A stretch of 64,000 nucleotides of DNA. Origin: Okamejei kenojei (lineage: Eukaryota). Made by a program: the position numbers and the translations under genes. The stretch lies in the NCBI GenBank assembly GCA_035221665.1, contig CM069156.1:26412001-26476000 (forward strand), written 5' to 3'. Positions within the stretch are counted from its first letter, which is position 1. Every line of letters starts with the position of its first letter. The notes beneath the pieces were generated by a model, which worked only from the letters and a program-made list of their open reading frames with translations, did no database searches and was not told the origin of the DNA. Of this stretch, positions 24,862 through 35,265 are shown one piece after another.

Positions 24862-24952
24862 ACTACCTCTGGAGATCATGACTGTCGTCTGTCAGTGTGA
24901 GGATATAGAAACCATTGAGGGGGTCCCTGTATATGTTACAGGGGTGGCACAG
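24862..24952 (+). CDS. FLOT2: Flotillin-2 alternative exon 3a (91 nt): (R)LPLEIMTVVCQCEDIETIEGVPVYVTGVAQ
   Basis: catag| acceptor after a C-rich pyrimidine tract and |gtaact donor. Open, phase-compatible with exons 2 and 4, and paralogous to exon 3b. Resembles the alternative mammalian exon LSLEVMTILCRCENIETSEGVPLFVTGVAQ (recalled). Confidence 0.92.
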
Positions 24953-25803
24953 GTAACTTGTTCTTAACCGTGTTGTATTTTCTTGCCTTGTTTTCTTGCC
25001 CCTCCTTCTCCCCATCCAACCTCCTTCCTTTCCTCTTCCCCCAAGCAGCAGCTGAATGTTGAGCTCTACTGCAGCACCTTCACCGCTTTATCCAAGTGGC
25101 ATGGCCTGTAGCACTGTAGGTATCGCACCAAGGAAGCGGATTGAACCCAACGAAGAGGCAATGGGCGAGAAAGAGGTGGGATGGATAGGTGGATTAAAAC
25201 ATTGACTAAAAATATTTAATAGTGGGTGTTCGCTGAGTACTTTGCCACTTCCACATCTGAAATCCAAGAGTGTCTAACACCCCTCATGAACAACTATTGA
25301 TTACAGATTACAATTCTCTAATGGACAGCTCAGAATTCAGAAGGTCTGCCACATATGAAATGCACTCACTGCAACAACAAACACAAATCCTTTCTGGAGA
25401 GAAGTTGCATCCCCCTGTGCTGAATTGTGGGGATTGTCTGGTATTAATAATTATTGTTTACCTTAAATAATAAGCTATGCTGTTCAATATAATGACTCGT
25501 TCTTTGTGAAAAGTCACGTGCAATAGTCCACTGAATAACATGGTTGCTTTTGCAACTTTATCAGCAGTTATAACTGTTGAGCAGTTTATCAGAAGTCATC
25601 TATGCTCTGAATATCTCATGAGGTCAGTCTCTTGGGAATAATCTAATGGTTTTACTTAAGCAGTTATTTTATTTAGATCAAGTTTATTTTGAGCTCAACA
25701 CATCTGGTTGGGTTTAAAGATAAAAGGATTGGAAGACAAAGGAAGTGAGGCTTGAGGCCTGTCATGTGACCTGGAATTTGCGAGTGTTTTACGTTTTCCA
25801 CAG

Positions 25804-25894
25804 GATTTCCCTTGAGATTATGACGCTTCAGCCCAAGTGTGAGGATGTAGAGACCGCAGAGGGGGTAGCACTAACTGTCACAGGGGTCGCTCAG
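25804..25894 (+). CDS. FLOT2: Flotillin-2 exon 3b (91 nt): (R)ISLEIMTLQPKCEDVETAEGVALTVTGVAQ
   Basis: ttttccacag| and |gtaaat splice sites. Peptide is nearly identical to canonical human FLOT2 (ISLEIMTLQPRCEDVETAEGVALTVTGVAQ). Confidence 0.97.
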
Positions 25895-26955
25895 GTAAAT
25901 AACCCCACAATCCCCAAAAATATGATTTCTAAAAAAAAACTCTTTGCAGCCTAAGCCTGTCAATAGGCATAATTAAAGCTTACTAATGCTTTTGCTTAAC
26001 TTAACAAAACAGTAGGAGGTCACACAATCTGTAATTTGTATATGAATAAAGTTCAAGGGTGGAAAATGTGTTTTAGAAGGGCCTGACTGTGAGAGCATTC
26101 AGGCTCATAGACATTTAATCAAGGCTCATTGTGTAAAGTCTTGGAATGTCATTTATCTTGGCTGAGCTGAGTGGCTTCCATGAAAAGTATTGCTGAATCC
26201 CAAAAGCTCAGCATCAAAATTATATGCTTGTGGATGAACACACAATCTGATGTATGATGCAAAATCTTTCACACGGTTTTCCACCTTTGAATGTTGGTGG
26301 TGAGCTGATTGTTCACTTTGGAACCATGGGAACATTTTCTCTAACGTTCGGTTAACTTTGCAGGTTCTGATTATTTTTGTTGTTGTTGACATGTGTTTCT
26401 ATTCTGCCTCACCTGGTTAAATGGAACTGCATGACCTTAAGATGAATGGCATTCTCCCTGGTTTGAGCCCATACATTGTGGGAAGTCGCAAGCATCCCGA
26501 GTTGTCTTGGTGGCTCATAATGGGGCATCAGCTTTATGGTACAACATGTGCCTGCATGCACCATAGCTATCTGTGGTTTCACTGGCCACACATTTTTGTC
26601 AATAAATGTGCAATATTGTTGGAGTATGTAACTATTAAGCACCATTGTTTTTTTTTTTAAGTGTAGACAAGTCTGTTGGAGTAATTGAGTACAAAGGTCT
26701 AGTTATGGTAAATTGTAAATCATTGGTTATGCTGCAGCTAGTGTATTGTGTTCAACAGAACAGCATTGTGAGCGGCTTCTGACTATAATGTAAGAATTTA
26801 TTTACTATTCTTTAAGCAGCAATTGTGCCCAGGAATAGCATTTTATGGTAGTCAACTACAAAATTTCACACCTAAATTTTGCATTTTAATTGCCTCTCCC
26901 TAAATAATGATAACACTTAATTCTGGATAATTGACAGCTAAGCATTTAAAATGAG

Positions 26956-27025
26956 GTTTTCCATTAAACATGAGGTTGTGGAGACTGCAGAGGATGTAGC
27001 ATTAACTCTCATAGGGGTTGCTTGG
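26956..27025 (+). pseudogene. Degenerate third copy of FLOT2 exon 3 (3b-derived pseudoexon, 70 nt): (R)FSIKHEVVETAEDVALTLIGVAW
   Basis: Aligns to exon 3b with an in-frame 21-nt deletion. Retains the |gtaaataac donor and downstream intronic similarity (aaaatatgattt). The acceptor is purine-rich (aaaatgag|). Confidence 0.8.
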
Positions 27026-27734
27026 GTAAATAACAAGCATATTCCCAGCAAAATATGATTTTATTTGTTGTTTTTTTTTTGTTTGTTAGTTTGAGGAATT
27101 AAATTAGTTTTTCAGTGTGATTGTAGTCTATTGGTTGTGCCTTGGAACCCTTTCTACAATTAAATTTAATTTCCTGCAACAGAGCCAACAGATCAGGAAC
27201 TATTTGAGACAGATTGAAAAGGCAGAGATAGAGCAATAACTTTCTACACAAGGTAAGCTGCAGAGAGATAAATTATTTACATGAAGAAATGCGTTGGGGA
27301 AAATAAATCTTGAGTGAACAAGCTCTTTAAGCACAGTGACCACATGAAAGATGGAGTAGTTATTGGGAGGGGGGAACATTTTCAAAAAGAAATCAAGACT
27401 GCATAATGGGACATGAATGTTAATATAGAGAAGGTAACGGGTCATTTCAATATGACAGGATTGTATTTATTTTGATGTCTAATGTATATGGAAGGACAAT
27501 TTCCAATCTATGCTCCAGAGAAATTTCCCTAGTTTTTATTGATTTTTTTACATATGATAAGAAAGAGAAACTGCAGCAGGAGAGGCTCAGTTGCCCCTCC
27601 CCTCCCACCCCTGATTGCTATGGTAGTGGTTGATCCAGGGTTGGCCTCAACACCCCTTTCCCATACCAAGGACTCTTGCCGTTCGAATGTCTGCCAATTT
27701 CTGTTTTGAATACAGAGGATTGATTTTGGTTTAT

Positions 27735-28255
27735 CACAGTCCCATCCACCAAGATACAATGGGGAAAATGTTGCATGCTTTCATGTCACATCATACCATG
27801 CATGAGTACAAAAGGTAGTGCAAAAAGAGAAATAAAGCAGTGCAGAATATAGTGTTACGTAACAGGGAAAATGCAAGTTAAAGCAATGCAAGGGCGGCAA
27901 CCTGGTAGATTGGAAAATTGGAAATACATCCGTAGCATATGAAACATCTGTTCAAATGTCTGATAACAGCGAGGAAGAAGCTGTTTTAAAATTGGTGGTT
28001 CGTGCTTTTAAACTTTATCTTCTGCCTGATGGGAGAGGGGAGCAGAGAGATAACTTGAGGTCTGAGTGGATCTTTGTTCGGTGGGGCACGAACAGGCCAG
28101 CTGCTTTCCTGATGCAGCATGGTGTAGATGGAGTTGATAGGCGGGTGGTGGGGTGGAAGAAGCTGGTTTGCTTGGTAGCTAGCTGGACTGTTCACAACTC
28201 TCTTCAATTTCTCATGGTCTCGGGCAAACAGTAGTTGCCATACCAGGCAACTGGG
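27735..28255 (-). mobile_element. Rex1/Babar- or L2-like LINE 3' fragment (related ends at about 2495-2600, 18690-19235, 29940-30085, 40515-40780 and 55460-56070)
   Basis: Degenerate RT C-terminal coding sequence and a gtgacaataaa-type 3' end. Family assignment is tentative. Confidence 0.55.
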
Positions 28256-31200
28256 AAAATGCTGGAATCTATTAGAGTGCTGTGCTATGTTCTATGTTTG
28301 CTCTAAGCTGGATTGGCATATGATTTTCCAATATCCTATTTACTCCTCTGAATAGATTCCAACATTTTTGCTGTGATTGGGCGTTTTCCCCATTGTTAAG
28401 CAAACCGCTCTGTAGTTTCCAGCTTGTCTCCTTTCTTGAATGGTTTATTTGCAAGTTTCTGATCGCCTGGACTTTTGCAAAATTGAAGGGATTTCAATAG
28501 GTTGCATTTCAATCACGATATCCATTCCTCTGGGGTTATTCCTATTATAAATTGTCTGTCATTTGGCATCTTCTCTATCGATGGAGATTGTTTGGGTTCT
28601 TCCATCCCTGCTGTCTCTTGATTATCTATTATCATTGGGATGTATTTTGTTTCTTTAAACATGAAAATGGATCCAAAATAATTATTATGAATATCCGAAG
28701 ACTCACGATTCCCGATGCTGCAATTTTGAACAAAGCGCAAAATGCTGGAGGAACTCAGCAGATCAGGCAGCATTCGGACTCTGAAGAAGGGTTCCATCCC
28801 AAAACATTGCATGCCCGTTCCCTCCATAGATACCACTTGACCTGCTAAGTACCTACAGCACTTTGAATTTAGAATCTCTATTACTTTTTCTCATTATTAA
28901 TCCACGATCTTGGCCTCCAAGGGACCACTGTGTACTTAAGTCAAAGTAACTTATTTTATGCTATTTGCTAATTTAATATCTTAATTTTCTCTCTTTTATC
29001 ATTTTCAGTCATCCTTTGCTGGTTTATAAATATTTCACAATCTTTGGCCTACTTCTATTCTTCACATCTATGTCTGGGTCTTTATCAATTTACTCTATTC
29101 CTTTAAATAGCCACACATCACTTTTTTTTCTCTTTAGGGATTTTTTTTGCTGGTAACTTCATTTGCTGAAATTTATAATGTCTCCCCTTAAGTGTCTGTC
29201 AATGTTCATGTAATACCTTCCATTTTAACTATTTCCCTAGTCCATTCCAGTCACTTCTCATTACTCTGAAATTGCCTTTATTTAGGTTTAGGACACTTGT
29301 TTCAGACAGTTTCAAATCCTAAAATTGAATTTAAACACCTCTAAGGTAAGATCATTCTTTCCAATGAAATTGTTTACTATGAGAGCATTAATTATTCCTG
29401 TCTTATTACACAACACCACAACCAAAATAACTTGTTCCCTGATTAGATAATTTCTCATTGCAGTGTTTTCACCCCACAAATGCTCAAATCATCCATCCCA
29501 AGCCAGTACCAAGCAATACTTGTTTAAATCCAGTTCAGTGCTTTTAGGCACGAGGCAATGCTTAGCATGATCCTACACATTAAGTCATTATTGATATGGG
29601 ATAGGGAACCGACTCCTCTCGGATAACAAAAAAAAACCACAGGCAATGACACCAAGGCTGCGATTGGACAAGGCCAATTTTTCCATTGATGTAGCAACTT
29701 CTACTTGCATCTCAGTTTCAGCTGTTTATAAAGCTGCCCACGCTGCCAGCCCACATGCCTGACACTTCCTCCCCCAACATCCCTGACACTGACCCAGGCC
29801 TTTGTGAAGATATGGATCTGTGGATGATAACCCAGCAGATATTGAAGACGTAGTCTACGTGCACGATTCTTTCTGGAGTGATACGTATCTAAAGTAGTGC
29901 AGCCTATGAGCAGAATTCAATCTTAAAAAGATTCATGTGGGATCTCCTTCCACTGCGGTGGATGTTTATGTTAAATTTTATTTTATGTGTGTATTGTGTT
30001 CTTTTCACTTAGTATGGCTGTATGGTAACTCAAATTTCACTGTACCTTAGTTGGTTAAGTGACAATAAACTTGAACTAGAACTTTATCTCAATAGCAGAG
30101 ATGTCTGTTTACATTAGAATGGCCATTCTGCTAAAGAATTGTAAAAGACCAGTTTGACAACATGCAGAGTAATATTTCATAAAACAGAATAACATAAATG
30201 ATAGCAGAATTAGGCCATTCGGCTCATCAAGTCTACTCCGCCATTCAATCATAGCTGATCTATCTCCCCTTCCTAACCTCATTTGTGGCTCACTTGTTAC
30301 AAACTCACTTTCTGAATCCCAAATTATGTTTGGGGAAACTTCGAATACTAAATTTGGGTCCCATTTTAGAGACTCAAGTCCATAATCTTGATGGGATTGC
30401 AGAACAGAGGGTGGCAGTCTCATGAGTCAAGGATTACTTCCTTCCTCTGCAGTTTTCTCGGTTGTGAGGTGCTGAAATGTCCATTGCTAGATCTGCAGAT
30501 TCTCCCCCAACGATGCTCTGGGAGGATGGTTTGAATGTGGTGCCTGCTGTGGTTTGTAGTTCATTATGTGCTCCCATTGTAGAGACTCGCTGCTCATAGT
30601 TTTCCCTGTTGCCAAAGAGCACTTTAGATGGGCAAAGTTTTGGGATTCCCATGAGTCAGTGGGGATGCTACATTATTTCAGTGAAATCTTGGATTTCCTC
30701 TGGGGTCCTGAAAACCTTTTGGAATGGTGACTCTCAGAATAGAGTGCTTGATTTTAAGAGTCTTTGTGTGAGATATGTGGGCAGTGATGATGTTGGGCAG
30801 GCTACATCATTCATTTGCCAGAGACCATTCTTCTGAATCGGGCACAATATCAGATAAATAGCAGGAGTGCTGGCTTTCCAAACTGCCCACGTACTCCACC
30901 AAAAACATATGGAAGTCCCCCATTTCCCTCGTAACCCGATATTGACTGCACATTGTTTAACTATTGAAAATGGCAATTTATCCAAGGCCGAATTGGGTTG
31001 AAAGGGAAAGAGATCAGTCATGATTGAATGGTGGAGTAGACCAGATGGGCCGAATTGCCTAATTTTGCTCCTATGATGTAGAGACAGTGGGTGGTTCAGG
31101 ATAGAAGGCAGGGAACTAGAGTTAGATGTGACCAGGAAATGGAGAATATCCATTCTTGATTGTTGCCCAGTAGTGCAGGGGTGACTAACTTATTTTGTCA

Positions 31201-32890
31201 TGTGATGTGGACGTGAAGTAATGTTGGAAAACTGGAAGTTCTCAGCATTGTTAGTATTTTAGAAGCTTGCCTTGTCTGCTGCCAACGTTATTTTTGTGTT
31301 TGTGGCAATAAAAAGGCCTCCAGCATGAACTGAAATGTCTGAAGAATTTACAGTCACGTGAATTCCCATTGTTGGGATCATTGTTCTGCTAACCAACTGT
31401 GTGTGCAGATTATGGAACAGGGACAGGTTACGTCCCTTTTTTTTGTAAAATGTAATTACCATTATATCCATGAATATATATAAATTTTCTGAGAAAGGAT
31501 GGCTATTTTTGTGTTTTAACAGATGAGACCTGTAAATTGGAGGCAAAAGGGTCAGAGATTTGCCTCTGAATATTAATTTTGATGAAGATTTCATCTTGAG
31601 TGAGACTTAAATCACACCAGATTTTTCAAAAGCAAAACTGTAGCGTGTACATGAAAGCAGATTTTGAAGGCCATGTCGGGCCATGATCCTGCTCTTAGTT
31701 TCAGCCTCTGTGACCTAGATATTCGTAGATTCTTCCTTGATTGAAATGCCCTCAGAATTTGCCTACCAGTATTGAACCAGTTGTGCTGAAACATGCTGAT
31801 CAATGGGCACCAGGATCACTGTCCTGTCTAGTGAAGCTTTTAATTCAATTTTAAGTTAAATCATTAAATTGAAACTGTTGATATGTTTCAACCATTCTTT
31901 CAAACAACATCTTAATTTTAAATTAAAAGCACTTGACCATTAGCCTTCCAGATCTCTGAGCTAAAGAGTGGGGAGAGGAGTCAGCAAGAAATTTGTACGA
32001 CTTCAGAGCGATAAAGTGGGATGCGCTGGCAAGAGTATGTGTGAATGTCCAGATGAGGGCACCGTTGGAGGCGATTGTGATGCACACCAGAGTTGAATAC
32101 CCCTGTAGAGATCTGTTCCCTAGGCTTACACACGTTTGAATATTCATGCCAAACGTCAATGACCGTTGTAGGAGATGAGGGAAAGGAGAAGCTATGCTTT
32201 CACAACATTACTGTTGACGGTTCAAGATCACTGATTAGTGCTTGAGTGTCAGCCTTTCAGTGCTAATGATACATTCTCCCACATTCCAAATTCTTTTGTC
32301 TGTGATGCAGTAATAAATATTAATTAAAGTTCTAGTTCTTCTCGTGTCAACTTTAATTGGGGTAGGCAGCAAAGCTTCCATATTGTATTCATGCTCAGAA
32401 AGGAGTACATTTTTGTTTTGAAAAAGAATTGTTCCATTTAGAATGACTCCCTTTGACATCTGGGCCCTCGGACTGGCTTGTGTTACCTTGTCAATAAGCC
32501 CTTTGTGTGCAGGACTTAGGAAGTTTATCAAAGGTTCCTTGGAACCTTTCATTGGAATCTCGGGTCCCCAGTCTTTTGTTGCCCTTCTATCCAGGGAATA
32601 TCACAGCTCTATTTCACTTCCAATAATTCCACCTCCCCCTGCCTTTTTTTAAAGTTGGACACCAAAGTAAAATATCACTTTTGGTGGGCTTAGGAAGTAC
32701 AGATAACCAGAGGAGACCTGTCTGACTTTCTGTACTTGGTGTGAAAGTGTCTATTTTCATGGTGTACAGTTAATAATTTAACTAAGAAAAATTGTTGTTC
32801 TATTAGGGAAACTTAATTTTTCTAATATACAAACTGTCTATATATGTATAGGGCAAAGCTTTGGTATAAAACCAACCTATTAAAGGGAAT

Positions 32891-32983
32891 GTAGACAAAA
32901 ATGCTGGAGATACTCAGCGGGTGAGACAGCATCTATGGAGTGAAGGAATAGTAGACGTTTCGGGTCGAGACCCTTCTTCAGAC
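32891..32983 (-). mobile_element. 93-bp Penelope-derived insertion with intact hammerhead core (32954-32981)
   Basis: Perfect 11-bp TSD ttaaagggaat at 32880-32890 and 32984-32994. The minus strand reads CUGAAGA-A-GGGUCUCGACCC-GAAA-C-GUC. Confidence 0.85.
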
Positions 32984-34461
32984 TTAAAGGGAATACTCGC
33001 TTATTACTTTATTGAAAAGGCTATAAATAAAATTAAAACTTGTAGCTAGGCTGAGTAACTTATCCCTCTGAGTCCAGGCCACAGACGATGGCCCCCCTCC
33101 CTTGCCCCTCAGTGAGCTGCCCCCTGTGGGTTTCCTGATGTGCTGAAACCCTGGGGAAATGGAGGTACATAGCACTACTGTGAGAAATAGTTGGTTGCAG
33201 AGATAATTGGTCACTGATTCATGCGCCAGCACCTGAGCTTGTTTTCTTCACATATTATTATTGGTTCCTGGATATTGTGAAAGGCACCTCTGATATAATT
33301 CTCATAAATTTCAGTCGGTAGGAATGCAGCTGCTACTTGATGTCTCCTTGCTACTAGTGCAACTAGATAACTATCTGTGAGAGTCCATCATGATTTTGTG
33401 TTAGCGTTGACTACCACCGATCGAATCTCTTATGGTGACAGTTATAACTTTCAGAAATAAAAAGGATTTGCAGCAGGAATCCATTGGCCTATTTAAGATT
33501 GTGCCACAAAAGTAGAATTAGGCCATTCAATTCCTCATGTCTACTGCACCTTTAATTAAGATTGTGACTGTTTACTTCAGGGTCATATCCCTGCACCTGC
33601 CTAATTTCCCATTTATCCATTAATGTCCAAAAATCAATTGATTTCTGCAGAGCTCATTGATAGAGAATTCATAAGATGCACATCTTTAACATCCTTAAAA
33701 AAAACTCTAATTTCAGCACCCAGTGGGCCTTTTATTTCTGAAACTATAATCCCAGATCCCAGACAGCACTGCACAGGGAAATTGTCCCCTCAGCTACCCT
33801 GCAAGCCCTGTAAGAATGGTGCATGTTTCAGTGATTGCTTTTACCTTTTTTTCTTGTTCTGAGAGTATAAGCCCAGTCTGTTTAATTCCTTCTCACTGAA
33901 CAATCTACTGATCCCAGGAATCAATCTGGTAAACCTTCATTGCACTCCCTCTACTGCAAGAGTATCCTACTTTGGGTAGGGAGACCAAAATTCATGTTTC
34001 ATCAGTGCTCTATATAATTGCATGATCAAATGATCGTGTGGCCCCAGTGTTTATTCATAATCCTATGAATATTTCCATTTCTACAATTCAATTCTTCCTT
34101 GTTCCCTTTTAAGATTGAATCTACATAGAAGCTTTCTAAGTGGGAGTTCTTATGTACTGTATATTTGAACTCTCAGCCTGCCATTTCCTATTGACAGCAC
34201 TGCTGATCACATCCCACTCTGTACTCGAGGGCCATCCATTCCTGATCTTACAACATGCCCTCAGCGCTGCTCGAGGACCATATTCAGCACTTCATGCTGT
34301 GTTAATAATTTAGGCAGTATCATCTATAACACAGTGAGTAAATCAGATAGTTATTCCAGGCCCTCACCCAGTTTTTCAAATGAACATTTAAAATAAAAAT
34401 CAGCCGAATGGTGCAGTACTTCTACTCTTGAGGTCTCTTCATCAGATAAATCTGATTAGGA

Positions 34462-35265
34462 TTTACTTAGTTACTTTTTATTACAGGCTCAAGGTCTAGA
34501 TAAAAGACAAGACATTACATTAGAATAAATTGCATACAAAAGCATAATAAATTACATACTAAAGCACAATACGGTTTTAGATCAAGACTTTTTAAAAACA
34601 GTGTCCTACAACGAAACAACTATACCAATGTCTCCACAGCTGGGATTGGTAACGTGTAGTGCTAAACCTTATGTTTGATAAGGCCAAGATGATTTCATTT
34701 TCAGAGTCATTAATCCGGCAAATAAAATTATACAAAAGATTTCTTAAGACAGTTTGTAAAGTATTGGCTCCTGCAGCCACAAACATTTCACTTGCACTAC
34801 ACATAAGTAATATTCTCATGACATCATTACAAGCTACTTTAAGTCTCTGTAAGCTTGCTTTCTGCAGTTTGACCATAGGTGTGCATTATAGAGTGGTGTA
34901 CAATATGCTCTGAATAGACATCTTCACTCCATCTGTACAAGCACTAAACTTGAGTAGATAATGTTTGCTTGTGCATACATCATATGCCGTTGCCTATAAA
35001 TATCCTCATCATCTGTCATTTGTTCTGTAATAAAATATCCAAGATATTTTACCTTATTACAGACACTAAGATTATTATCAGACAATTTAAAAACAAGAAA
35101 ATTTTAGACATTTATCCTCTTTAGTTCTACAGATCATAACAGCACTTTTACCAGCATTATATTTAATATCATGTTCCACACCATGCACAGAACATATAGT
35201 AAAGAACTGCTGGAGACCAGCGGTAGATGGACTAAAGACCACAAGATCATCTGCATACGATCCTA
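34462..35265 (-). mobile_element. 5'-truncated LINE, probably RTEX-like
   Basis: Minus ORFs YADDLVVFSPSTAGLQQFFTICS...KYNAGKS and RLKVACNDVMRILL...SASEMF. The 3' end is gaccttgagcctgtaataaaaa. The clade call is from recall. Confidence 0.7.

Noticed and set aside
24953-25803. Distant branch point serving exon 3b (tropomyosin-type steric exclusion)
   Set aside because: Many AG dinucleotides lie between the tract and the 3b acceptor, so there is no AG-exclusion zone, and 3b has its own pyrimidine tract.
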